A DNA stretch of 63,037 bases, the filler included, from Lenisia limosa (lineage: Eukaryota; Protista; Breviatea): NCBI GenBank assembly GCA_001655205.1. It is 11 parts of 11 records of this genome, joined end to end, with 100 filler letters (N's around TTAATTAATTAA, not from the genome) between each part and the next. Parts side by side here need not be neighbours in the genome. Positions count along the whole stretch, not along the records: positions 18,615 to 40,420 come from LPNZ01011398.1; 10 more parts are not named here. One strand, 5' to 3'. Positions 21,991 through 34,207 of the stretch are shown piece by piece; the first letter of the stretch is position 1; the number at the start of each line of letters is the position of its first letter. The notes below the pieces were generated by a model that was not told the DNA's origin, ran no database searches, and saw only the letters and a program-made list of their open reading frames with translations. The position numbers and the translations under genes are program-made.

Positions 21991-24900
21991 CATTTTGAGG
22001 CTCTCTGATGATTTCTTCTTTGTTTTTATCCCCAAAGCCAACTACTATCCTTTCCTTTTTGGGTGATATTGAGATTTACTTTTAAAAGTGCCCCAAATAA
22101 AAAGAATATATGATACAATCACAAGGAAATCTTCATATTTCCCTGTGGATTGTATATTCACAAGTGATTCTATCATATTTCTCCTTCTTTCCTCCCCCCC
22201 CCCCTTCTAACTCACACTGATATCTGGACCTTGTTTGTCATGGACAATTTTTTTGTCACTTTCTAATATTAAAAATTTTGACAGTACCTACCTTAATGGC
22301 CAAGATGAAAATTGTATTACATGTACGTACATATGTAGTTGAACATACTAATTGTATTGCACGGTACCCTACATACATCTATTACATATGATATACTTTA
22401 TTCAATCTTCAAAGTCGAGTAAAGGTTTTTTAGCTTGACTCCGGTGGTTAAACAATCAAGAAGTTATCAACAAAAATACACTAACTTTAACCAAAGTGCC
22501 TTAGTGTTTAAAAGAGAAAAGGGGGTATTTTCAATCAGAAGGTGAACAAAAAATGTGAAAGGAAGGACTCCGCTCTTCCCTTGACAAACCACGTAATCCC
22601 AAAAAACAGAGAATAACCAACTCATTACTTTGGCATAATCTTAAGCTGATTAATGAGCACCGCAAAGCTAAAGCTTCTCTCAAATTGCTATTTAAAGATT
22701 CAATTGCTGATAAATGGTCCAGCAAAAGATCAGCTTCTGCAGTGCAATCACAAAGACAATAATATAAATACTAGAAAAGTTACTCGAATGAACAAAAAAC
22801 AACCCCGTGTACAAATGATTCATATGCTCGTGCGCCAAAACCCCGTTGTTTTTGGGAAATCCCGTCACTTTTGAATAAATGTTGCCAAGAATCCAATATT
22901 TTACTATTCTAACCAGCAGAAAGTAAAAATTAGCAAAATTTTTAAAAAAAATTAAAAAATTATTCGTAAGTTTCGGAAGTTCAGTTCACCCCCTTTTCAC
23001 AGAGTTTTTTTTTATTATTTTGACCCTTTCTTTTTAAGCTACTCAAGTTTATTTTTATATAATATTTTTTTGAAGAGAATCAAGAAGACATCCAAATCAG
23101 TTGTTCGCCACCTTTTTTTTGAAAAACAAATGACATCTAGGTCCTCCGATATATGTTACAAAGTTGGCATATTTGGTCCGCTGAAACATGATTAGTAAAA
23201 GATTGAGGGTATATGAAGGACTATTTGGGACATTAACGGTTCTCTTCAAAAGGTTTGCTGTATGAAGTCTCAATTTGTTTGCTACCAACTGTATTTCATC
23301 TTATTATATGTTCTGAATGACAATAGACTCAGAGTTTCCAATTCAACCGTCTCATTTTAACAGGTTTTGGGAGAATAATTTTGACGATAAAGCGTAAATT
23401 TGAAGTTTGTGGGTGTTTATATTGACCAAATGGGGCAATAATGGTCCTTTCTTCTCTCTATATGATATAAGAGCCATTTGATTCTATGTTTCTCTACAAT
23501 TTTCAACCAATTATTCATTGGGTTGTTCAAATAATTTCGCCGAATAAGAGAAAATATGATATTTCTTCTAAATACGGACCCAGGTCTAAACTCTTAAGCT
23601 AAAACTCCCAGGTATGAAAAACAACTATATCACAAGAAATTTCACTCGTAAAGAGTACATCTGGAGACAATGAATAATAAAAAAAAAAGTTGATCTTGGG
23701 TGAATGGATGGACAAAATTATTCTGGATGGACGATGGAAGTTGGAACTTGCTCCTTCCAAAAGAGCACTTTCCGCCATCTTAAACAGTCTGTGATTTTGT
23801 CTGGACTCACAGTTGTTTCCAACCGAAAATACATTACTCGTGTACTCATCTAACGTTACGTACACTCCTATTTTTCTGCAGGAAAAGCTCTAAAACCTTA
23901 GGATTTTTGGAATGAGGTATTCATATCACTGTGTCGAAAATGATAGTGCACACGTGTGAAAATGACCAAAAAGTGATGTTTTTGTTTATTATTTAAACAA
24001 AATATGTAAAAAAAAATATTTGTTTATTTGTTTATTTTGCTCTATTTGGATTTTTAGTGACTGATCTTCTTAGTAATTCACAAGTTTTACCGCCTGAACC
24101 CTTTTGGAAGATGAAGTGCTGGTCAACACCCAGGACAAGTACGTTGTGCGTAGATATTTCATTTCCAAGATTATCGAAAATACTGAGGAGCTCAAGCTTA
24201 ACCGCAAGAGACCCTGCAGAGATAACCAAAGAGGTATCCTTGTTCCTACCACCAACGTCACACCAGGCTTATGTGCAGACAAAAGGAGAAAAAGCAACCT
24301 CAAAAGAAGAAAAGACGTTCATTTTAGTAAATCAAGACATATTATTTATTGTCTTTTACGGTTACTTGGCACTTGTTTGCCTAAATTACTCATTAACTAC
24401 TGTTAACAACATATATGTATGAGGCAGAAAAAAACAGTTTCAAGGTTATTTCTCCAAAATTGAAAAGTGACGGAGCATATTAATATTTTCGATATTATAA
24501 CGCAGCATTTCAGAAGAAAAAAAAAAGCACGATCTTTAATACAATACTCCGTCAAATTAGTAGAACCTCAAGCTCAAAGAGTCGCTAATAAAAATAAGAG
24601 CTTCCTGTGAAAAGAGTTGCTACTTCGAAAAGACTTTTCCTATTTGGAAAAAAAAATTCCGAAATATTCGAAAACGCAGTTTTCAAGACGGTGCTCCTGT
24701 TAACCATATTTATGCCCCTTGGATCAGCTATGAGTTCAGTCATTGGCTATTGTTGTTTGCCTCTGTATTACAGGCAGTTCTATGTTTTCTTTCCCATTGC
24801 GTTCCTTAACTTTGATATAATACACTGCATCAACAGTTTATTACAATAAATTACTTGTAATGTGCCTGTCTGGACTGGGATCAGATCCCTCCCACAGGGC

Positions 24901-25449
24901 GTTGTCTCAGTTTAGTTTTCAAAGAATAGGCCTTCCTTAGAGCGATTTATGTATGTTAATCAATAATGTATTGATAATGACTCAATAATGACTCTTCAGT
25001 AGATTTTGAGAAAGGAGTAAAGTGGCAATAGTGACGTAAATCACTTTCAATATGACGCGCAATGCTTCAAATATCAGAGATAACTTTCCCATTCGAAACT
25101 CAGTTCATCAGAGCTTTTCCTCAAAAGATCATAGTACAGTTTACACATACACGGCTGAACGATCTCCTTAGACCTGTCTGCTGCCTTCTTAAGGAGCTTC
25201 TTAGGGATGGATGATTATGTAAATGTGTCTAAAACGAATCATTTTTGATTGGCTGTGTGGTGTCAGTCACTCTGTCCACCAAAAGCATTTCTGATCTCAA
25301 ATTATTAAGTATTTCCACATATTGGTGAAATATTCTTGCACATATGGCTCAAAACTGTCATAATTGGGAGAAAACGGAAGGGAACACTTATTTAGAGAAA
25401 CTACCGCAAAAGTCATATTTTTATGACAAATCTTATTATTGTTTTGTAA

Positions 25450-26160
25450 AACGTCATATTTAAATGAAAGTCATATTCGGTCGAGGTGCGAGGAGGGTAC
25501 TGGAGGGGGACGGTGAAGGCGACGTCAGGGTCGGGGAGGTGTTTGACAACTTGCCATGGGGAAATGGTGATAGCGTCCTCAGTTATAATGAGACCGGCAG
25601 CTTGAAAGGCAGAAAAGACAAGACAAGGGTCACTAGCAATCTTGAAAGTTCTACAGTGTGAAATTTAAAGAAAAAAAAAGAATAGAGATTAAAACAATTG
25701 TTTCACACAAGGCATGAAGCCTGAAAAACTCTACAGCGAGTTGTCATTGCGTTTGAGCATCCGGGGGTGATGAGGGGAGCCTTGTTGAGGAGAGATGAAA
25801 AAGATGAGCGAACACTGCCCTTCATGACACCAAATGTCATCAGGTCGACTGGTTGGAGAACGTGAGAGGTGTGAGATGGGAGGATGTAAACGTGGATGTG
25901 GTGAGCACGCAGCTGCTCCAGGGCGAAAGCAGCGTATCGTGAAGAGTGTCCGTCCATGATAAGAAGAGCCCCGGTCTCTGGAGAAACACCAAGACGGTTA
26001 CGTTCTGTGATGACACAGGGGATGAAGATGTAGAGAGCCCAGTATGTGAAGGACTCACACGTCTTAAAGGTAAGTGTGATAATAATACCATTGACGTGGG
26101 TCGTTCATTTTTGGGACAAGCATAAATACAATTTAACAAAATCCAGAAACAAATTACCAA
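25450..26160 (-). mobile_element. pogo/Fot1-like DDE_1 transposase relic with spliceosomal introns, N-terminus missing
   Basis: GALLIMDGHSSRYAAF...VYILPSHTSHVLQPVDLMTFGVMK matches the recalled LLI.DGHSSH and LP.HTSH.LQP.D.FG..K motifs; after a GT-AG intron continues VFSAFQAAGLI. Confidence 0.85.
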
Positions 26161-26279
26161 AATATGAATTTATTTAATAAAAAGAAACGACAGTGATATT
26201 ATTATTCTCCATTGCTTGTATGTGTTACAAATGAAAATTATACTTTTTACTCTTTAATCGACAATATTGACTATTTAGC

Positions 26280-26735
26280 ACCACCTCACACCACCAAACG
26301 CGGCGCTGGCAGATGTGCATTGTGCACTAATTGACCAGTCCATGATCAATGCTCACATTGCGTACTCTGACTTCCTCTCCTCTGCTGGACGCCCATCTAT
26401 TGACACAAGTACAAAAATTTATGACTTCTAAAATGTTGACGATACTGTGAATTTGTCTTTTAATTCAATTATTTGATCGTATTTATTCACTTGTCTTGCC
26501 ATGTCTTATCTCACCCCTCCCAGACCGCAGTACTCCATCAACCCCCTTCAATTCGTGCTCTTGCTGGTGATGTCGCTAAGCACTTCCCCAAGCCTCCTCA
26601 CAGGAAACGCCCGTCACCGTTGGTGGCCACTGCAGTTCCAGAAAGTTGGCCACCAAGAAAATCCGCACCAATCTGTTCTGTGAGGGTTGTGGTGTTTTCC
26701 TTTGCCCTTCTTGCTCTTACAGTGTTCATTCACTA
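26280..26735 (+). mobile_element. piggyBac-like transposase C-terminal relic
   Basis: LIDQSMINAHIAY (cf. LLD...NA.ILY), KHFPKP, and frameshifted Cys-rich tail HCSSRKLATKKIRTNLFCEGCGVFLCPSCSYSVH. Confidence 0.7.
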
Positions 26736-27043
26736 ATGTTCAAGGTTTGATGTGGTTTATGTTTATGTATTTGATGTGATTAACTTTTGAGTTTGGAAAT
26801 GTATGTTATTTTTGAATGAAATTCGGCGTGTTGTTTTTGTATTTTGATTAATAATATGAGTTTTTATCGCTTCATACCAGAAAAGCACTTGGGTAAACTT
26901 AATTGGAAAAGAAAAAAACAAAAAAGAAAGAGAAAAAAAAAAAAANNNNNNNNNNNNNNNNNNNNNNNNNNNNNNNNNNNNNNNNNNNNNNNNNNNNNNN
27001 NNNNNNNNNNNNNNNNNNNNNNNNNNNNNNNNNNNNNNNNNNN

Positions 27044-27218
27044 TGATCTGGTGATCTAAAAAACAATTACTCGACAATACCAAGTAAATGGTAAACTAGA
27101 TCATATGAACTATGTAATTCTCATTTATTACAAAATATAACTTTTTTTTTCGAAATGATATGAATACTGGTACCCCGGACCAATATGGTCCACCCCCTTG
27201 GTCCTCATAAAAATGGGG
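27044..27218. repeat. R3 ~170-bp repeat, copy 1 (probable transposon right end)
   Basis: ATCTGGTGATCT...CACCCCCTTGGTCCTCATAA; diverged copies at 27423-27599 and 30828-30983; similarity stops sharply after CCTCATAA. Confidence 0.85.
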
Positions 27219-27422
27219 AATTGAATAGGGAATTTATTATATAACATTAATGCACCCAATCATTATCCTTAAGCTTAATAATACATATTTCTACTAAATT
27301 TACCCACGTAATTTGACTTGCTAGCACAGAGCATCCCTGAGCAGTAACAGAAGCGGCGATCGTAACTCGAGGGTCGACATCAAGAACAACAGAGGTAGTA
27401 GGGCTTGCTAGGNNNNNNNNNN

Positions 27423-27599
27423 ATCTGGTGATCTGAAACACAATTATTTGAAAATACTAGGTAAATGGTAAACTAGATCATATGAACTCATTACTCATCA
27501 TATGAATTCTCATTTATAACAAAATATAACTTTTTTTTTCGAAATGATATGAATACTGGTACCCCGGACCAATATGGCCCACCCCCTTGGTCCTCATAA
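27423..27599. repeat. R3 repeat, copy 2
   Basis: Direct match to 27044-27218 with substitutions and an insertion. Confidence 0.85.
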
Positions 27600-28042
27600 A
27601 GATACAGTAGTTGGCTTCACTGTTATTTCCATTGGTTCACGAAAAAACAATCGCTTTCGATATCTCATTACCCCAGTATTAGGTGAAAAAACGGATTAGG
27701 AATCATAATGTCAGCCAACCAATGAACGTAATTGAATTGAACTATCAGAATCAAAGAACAATTTTGCAAGCTCTTTAAAATGAACCTTAGCTTCAATTCC
27801 ATTCCATCCATGATCAACAAGCCAAGACAAACAGTCAAGAAGAACATATCTAAAAAAAAGTGAGGAGTAAAAAGCGAAGTCCCTAATAAAAATTACAATG
27901 CACAAATGTACCCCCCCCCCTCCTCTATATCCACACCCCGTTGTACAATTATAATGTATCGGTAATTACTCTTTGTTACAAGAAAAGAAAAGAAAAATAT
28001 CGAGAAAATAAAATTGTTTTGTGTACAGTTTACATATCTCGC

Positions 28043-28285
28043 GGTCCTAAGGTCATTAATTGTTATTTTGAGTTTTAAAGCCGGAGAAACCAATTTTTAG
28101 CCCAGTTTTCATAATGCCCTTTAGTCAAAAAAATACATGTAATTCATCCGAAATGTTGTGAAAAGAATAAAATTTTGAAAAACTCAAAACAACCCAGAAT
28201 TTAAATGTGGTATGAAAACTGGGATAAAAATTGGTTTCTCCGGCTTTGAAACTCAAAATAACAATTAATGACCAAATTTTGGACC
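28043..28285. mobile_element. Foldback MITE with ~63-bp near-perfect TIRs
   Basis: 28051-28113 GGTCATTAATTGTTATTTTGAGTTTTAAAGCCGGAGAAACCAATTTTTAGCCCAGTTTTCATA is the reverse complement of 28211-28273 apart from a few mismatches. TSD not resolved. Confidence 0.9.
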
Positions 28286-29039
28286 ATGAGCTCATACATA
28301 TCATATGTAATGTGGATTGAAGAGAGAGACTTGTAACGGCACGTCCGTGAGACTATTCAAATAGGAGTGAACCGCCCTTCGTGTCGCTCGAGGATTTGGA
28401 GCGCGGAACAGTGAGCTTTCTGGTCTTGACCTTCCAATGCGTTTTGAGAGGTAGAGATTCCTCTTTGTGGCAGAATACAGCTTGCTTTCTGTTCGACGGG
28501 AGCACATAACCCTTCCTCAATAGTTTGTCCACATGACCCGACACAGCGTGCCAACCAACAGGTAATCGGTAATTGTGATCAGAGGCTTGACATTTGTTAC
28601 CCCACCTCTCTCCCTGTGACAAACCGAAGGTGTCAAGGTTTGTGTTTGAAACGTTGGGGTTTTGTAAATGATATCATATGATATGAAGATCTGCATCAGA
28701 GCAGCTTTATTTAGGCTCATTAAAAATAGTATGTATCTTTTCTGTGCTGTATTAAAAACAATAAAAAGAAATAACCTAATTCAGTCCATCTGCTACAACA
28801 GCCTCGATGCCACCACTTTTGACAATACCACCTTAAGGTGGTGTCAGGTCTTTAGTTTTTTGAGGGGGGGGGGGGATTANNNNNNNNNNNNNNNNNNNNN
28901 NNNNNNNNNNNNNNNNNNNNNNNNNNNNNNNNNNNNNNNNNNNNNNNNNAGAAATCAACATAGAAGCCAATTAAATGGTAAAAATAATGCATACATGTAT
29001 GTATTTAACTATATAGTATATCAACTTTCCAATGGTTCA

Positions 29040-30620
29040 AATGAGTGTCAATCAAATCTAAAAAATGCAACAACCTTTCCCATTGTCTTTACTGTGGGAA
29101 GGTTCCAGCAATTTCAAACAAAAACGTAGTTTTACACCCTCATGGCTGCATAACTACGTCCAAGGACAATTTGATTGTTTCCTTGAACCAAAGTTTTCAC
29201 TGGTGTAACATGCATCAATACATGTAAAAACGATAACATGCTGCATGTGTGCCCATTTTATAATATATAAAAAACTTCTGATGTAGAAATTGGATCGTGG
29301 CCAAATTTCATTGTAACGGATATTATGTCGGTCTTTTTCAGATCTGGACGGAGCCCAAACAACCTTATTTGGTTGACTGTGAGATGGGGTACAACGCCAG
29401 TTAAAACAAATATCGGCTGAGGGAATTTCACTTTATGACTAAAACTTAACCACAAAACAATGAGAATCAGCAACGGTGAAGCATCACACTTTCTAACCTC
29501 TTTTAAAAAAAACATCACTCGCTATTCCTACACCAGCCACAGCTAAAACGTTAAAAAGTACCAGTAAAATGGGTACGAATAACGATGAAGCGTCTTCAGT
29601 TGTAATGAATCAGGAATTGCTTCCTCTCCTTGGAATAATGGAAGAAAAGTAGCTAATATATAATAAGATACCAAACATGGAACACCACCACCTTGAAAAC
29701 CGTGTTGAGACCCAGCCTCCCGCAAGGAGGCTCTTATTTCAGAGCCTTTCGACTCGTTAAATCTCAGGGTGATCTTTTTATTATTATATTCGGCATGATT
29801 GCCACCTCCAAAGGAGATAAAACTTATTGCAGGAATGTCTACCAAGAATCGTAAGGTCACACGAGTATGTCAAGAAGGTTAATGATTATCAATTTCTCTT
29901 GTTGTTTCAGGTCTGGAGAAGACCATTCCCCGTGGTGATAAGATCTGATCTGAGTATCTGTGCATCTCGCTGGTCGAAGGTTTGGTATCAAAAACTGAAC
30001 CTACTACAAGAATAACCATAATTCATTGCACACTAATATTCTAACTTCCATCTCTGTGATACTAAAGTGACATGTAATTGAGTGCGAAGAGGACAGCTAT
30101 GCTGTAAAAAGGGGATTTCTTGAATACAAGTGAAGTGAACTTTGAAATAGTCTCCTAAATTCTTCAAATAATCCTGATAGAATCTGGTAAATTAATGAAT
30201 TGAGACAGACACCCAAGGTTGTTTGTCAATATTTGTTGTTTCATATTTGGATAAAAGTGCTCCTAGCAGTCGATTCCAGAAAAATTCGGTAACAGTCTTG
30301 CTTTGAAAAACAGGTCCAAAAATCTCATTGTATGTGACATAACCTGTGATAATTTGGTGATTTGTACCCAAATATAACGAGAAAGTTACTTGCCTGGCAA
30401 AATAGGTTATTATAAGTCGAAAAAAAAAACAGCCAAACTTGGTAGTAGACGATTTAGATCCATTGAATAAACACTTGCAAGCTTTCTGGACTCCTTCAAA
30501 AAAGGCTTCTGTTTCAATTCCAATAATTGTGATAGTCTTCATGACTTCCACAAAAATTGCCTGAAAGATATAGTGAATATAATTATGTTAAGTTCAAATA
30601 GTATCATATGGAGAGTAGAC
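29040..30620 (+). pseudogene. Kolobok/Mutator-like DDE transposase relic, heavily decayed
   Basis: Zn-finger-like KCNNLSHCLYCGK; NNDEASSVVMNQELLPLL resembling N..GSS..ME; DNA block shared with 33095-33175 and 21560-21690. Many stops and frameshifts. Confidence 0.45.
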
Positions 30621-30827
30621 TAAGAAATGACTATTCTCTATTTTTCTATTTTGAATTAGAATAACTGGCCAAAAAGAAAATATGTTCAAGAAAAAAAACG
30701 GATGTATGGTAAAGAATCAAAAATAACTGCAATAATATGTCAGGGTGATAATCGATTAACCCTCTTTTTATTAAATGTATCAAAGCAGATTTTTGACAAA
30801 TGCATGTCCTGCTAAACNNNNNNNNNN

Positions 30828-30983
30828 ATCTGGTGATCTTAAACACAATTATTTGAAAATACCAAGTAAATGATAAAAACTAGATCATATGTATATGAAC
30901 TATATAATTCTCATTTATAACAACATATAACTTTTTTTCGAAATGATATGGACCAATATCGTCCACCCCCTTGGTCCTCATAA
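30828..30983. repeat. R3 repeat, copy 3
   Basis: Direct match to 27044-27218; lies just downstream of the 29-30.6 kb transposase relic. Confidence 0.85.
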
Positions 30984-31699
30984 GGATAGCGCATATGAGA
31001 TAATAACTTGAAGACGACGCTGCCAGTGTCGAGACGCATAGATGAGGTTTGTAGCTGTTTCTATTTACCCTTCAACTGACGTTTGCTGACGCCAAAAATT
31101 CATGGGAAAATGTTTTCAAGAGCTACTTTTCCTTTTCCTATGACAAATTGCTTTTAAGTGTACTTTAAATTTGAGAGTGTGTATATTTGTTTTCAACGCA
31201 AATCGGTTCTTGGCCAAAGGTTATTTTTCTCTCTGAAAATCTGTAATTTCAATACAACTTGTTTTTCGCAGATTAAAAGCGAGAGATAACCTTTTCATGC
31301 AAAAACAAAAAAAAATTCATCTTATCTTGGTTGAGTGATAGTATTCATGTCGGTGACGCAATTAGACTAACCTCAGCAACACTCCAAAACCAGACGCAGT
31401 TGGTGGAATTGTCATCAATACAGCTTTATCAGAAAGTGACAGGGAATGTTTAAGCTCTTCTAATAACTATACTGTGAAAAAGAGCACACACAAGCCAACT
31501 TCGATTACTCGAGGATCAACAGAAAGTTGATTTCGTTTTGTGGGTCTTCTACTTGAGATTACAATATGTGGCTTCTTGGGGACTACCAGTGCTGTCTGTG
31601 AAAAGCAGGTAAAATAATCTTCCACTGAAGGCAAACCTTTTGAACTGATTCTCCTCGATCAACATGCTTCGGATATATTTCAAGTACATTATTCCTAGT

Positions 31700-33760
31700 T
31701 GGACTCAATGAAACACGATACATGGATTTCAGAATAGCAGGTCGACCAAGGGGAAATGAGGCCAATCCTAGACCAAGTGGTCGTATGAGTTTGGTCCCGT
31801 TATCAAATTCAGGATCAAAAGGAGGTTGAATAGTTAGCTCTAAGTCCAAAAGAAGTGTGGGTGGTCGGGAAATGGAACTTAATGCTGTGGGAGACGGGCA
31901 AAAGATAATACGCTCAGGGCGAACGCGAATCAATGATTCTTGTAACAACCATTGAACTGCCTAAAAGGTTACTCAATAGGTGTTGCTAACTATATCTGCG
32001 TGTTCAAATGATCGTGTACCTAACTTCATAAACTCTTTTCTAATATCATCTGAAACCATAAAAACAAGCGTTGTTTACCAAAGGGTTTCGCGTGTGAGAG
32101 TACATTGATGGCATTCCGTAGCGTAAGAGGACGAAAGGTGGCAAAAAACTGTCAGCAAAAATATAAACCTGGGCAGTTTTCAAATGAGAAATAGTTTGAC
32201 AAGAAGGCCGGTATGCTAAAGGTGAAAAAGGTCATTTTCTTACAGTAATCAGTTGACAATACAGAAATTGGAGAAAGGCAAACAATAACTTTAGCCTTTT
32301 GCCAATAGGTTAAGTGTCCTGCAATAAGGTAAATTGTTTCGAGGGGAATACTCGTCATAATGCTAATTTCCTCTAAAGCAACAAACTAAAAAATAATGAC
32401 AACATTCGACAAACAGGGCTGGCTACATTGATGACAGTAGTTATTGATGGTGATGTATCTGAAGGTAGAGAGGCAAGAATAGACTCTGGGGTTGAATGGA
32501 GAAGCAATGAATAGTATGGTCTCATGGGATGCTGAAAAAACTAATTTAAAATAAAAATAAAAGTATAGCTGACAGGGTGAGGATGAAACATGGTATGTAC
32601 TGAAGACCATCCGTTGAAAATTGCATGTAAGTCTTGGGACGATGTTACTTGGTCAAACACACTTCGGAGCAAGATAAAATAAGATAATCCATACCTCTTG
32701 AGCTAAAACTGATGCGGAAAGTTGATGACCTACCAGTGTTGAAGCTAAAAACAATCAGTGTGGCTCACAAAAGAATAAATTTGACAGTGAAAGGTCGCAA
32801 AGATTACACTGTTGAAAAGATTGGTAGGTTATTGTTTTGTTCCTTTCAAATTATTAAAAATAATAGGACTTTAGATGTAGTGTCATAAAATTCAAATTGA
32901 AATATTGTCTCAAAAATCAACACTCTAAAGAATGCCTCAGATTTTTTTTATTTTTGCCGCAATATTCATTTATTTGAACTTGGTACACATCTGTACATGA
33001 AAAAATACAAGAGCCACTTCGAATCCAAGGGGCTGTAGATATGGGAATAATGTTTTGTTGTTTTGTGATCTGAGTATTGCTTTTTATTCTTCTTGTTATT
33101 GCACACAAATATTCTAACTTTGATACTGTGGTAAGGTAACATGTATCGAGTGTGAAGAGGACAGCTATGCTGGCTTATCCAGTCGGACTTCTCTGTGATC
33201 CGAACTAAAGCCCTCATAGAGCCCTATCATGTATTAATACAGTTATATCTCACGTGTCCAGACCATCATTATGCTGACATTGAACACGATGCCATGCCGA
33301 ATCCCACGAGAACAAGAATGCCATCAAGGTTTGTTACTGAAGAATGTTACTACATATGTAGATGAATTGTTCGTTATTTAATTTAGTCATGGGCCACCGA
33401 CTCCACCATTACCAAGTTTGTTTACGCCAGAACGACCAACATCAATGAGGCTCTAAATGGAATGGTATGATGGTTACCCTTTTTGAAATGAGGCTGGTGA
33501 AGAATTTGGCGTTTCTCTTACTAACTGAACACAGCTCCTTCAATTTCAAGGAAAACGAATCTTCTATTTTCCACTTTGGGGAGCAGTTTATTGCCAGAGT
33601 AATATGCATGAACGGGAGCACCAACCTGGTAATTTCATATTGAATTATTTTAACACTAACAGAGGTTGGGGTCCCAATGAATTCAACCATATTTGACAAC
33701 TACTTCAATGACCGCAACCGACGCTCTATACCAACCAGCACGCCTTCAAAGTCAACGTAG
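31700..33760 (+). pseudogene. Kolobok/Mutator-like (PF20700-type) DDE transposase relic with introns
   Basis: Ordered motifs AVGDGQ (~31885), CFEGNTRH (~32335), TVVIDGDV (~32435-32460) and ARTTNINEALNGM (~33425-33465) match recalled GDG, GSS.ME, DGDS and TxNxNE motifs. Stops and frameshifts present. Confidence 0.6.
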
Positions 33761-34207
33761 GTGATATATTATGAGGGAAAACAGATTAAACTCAGAATTA
33801 AAACTTTTTAACCATAGCTCATGGATCATGGAAAAAAAAAATTTTATGACTATCCTGATATGTATTGAAGCCAGATGTTGTTCTTATCGTATAAATTAAT
33901 ACAGAAAATGAATTGACTACCACCCTCTTGTGCCCCATACCTGTCAACCGACTGATGCACTCCCTCCCCATCCCAAGGTTGGAATCTTGGAACATTGTTT
34001 TTTTTTATCATAGTTGTGTTCAATTTATCGATTTCCAACAACACAGAAGGCTAACCAAGAACACCCAAGAAGGGACAAGTACAGTCCAAGGTTAGTTTGT
34101 AATGTATATCACATGGCAAATCGATATGTTTGTACATTTATAATAGAAGTGCAATTATAAAAGTATGAAATAACTCAACAATTCAAGCAATGGGTTCTCC
34201 TAACTCT

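Noticed and set aside
23100-23860. Tc1/IS630 transposase relic (DVLFTSE, PNSPSYTLN)
   Set aside because: Motifs too degenerate and no TIRs; cannot be supported without an HMM search.
21000-34000. Fanzor/TnpB, Polinton or giant-virus genes among the TE relics
   Set aside because: No RuvC motifs, pPolB, capsid or integrase signatures were recognisable by eye; a profile search would be needed to exclude them fully.
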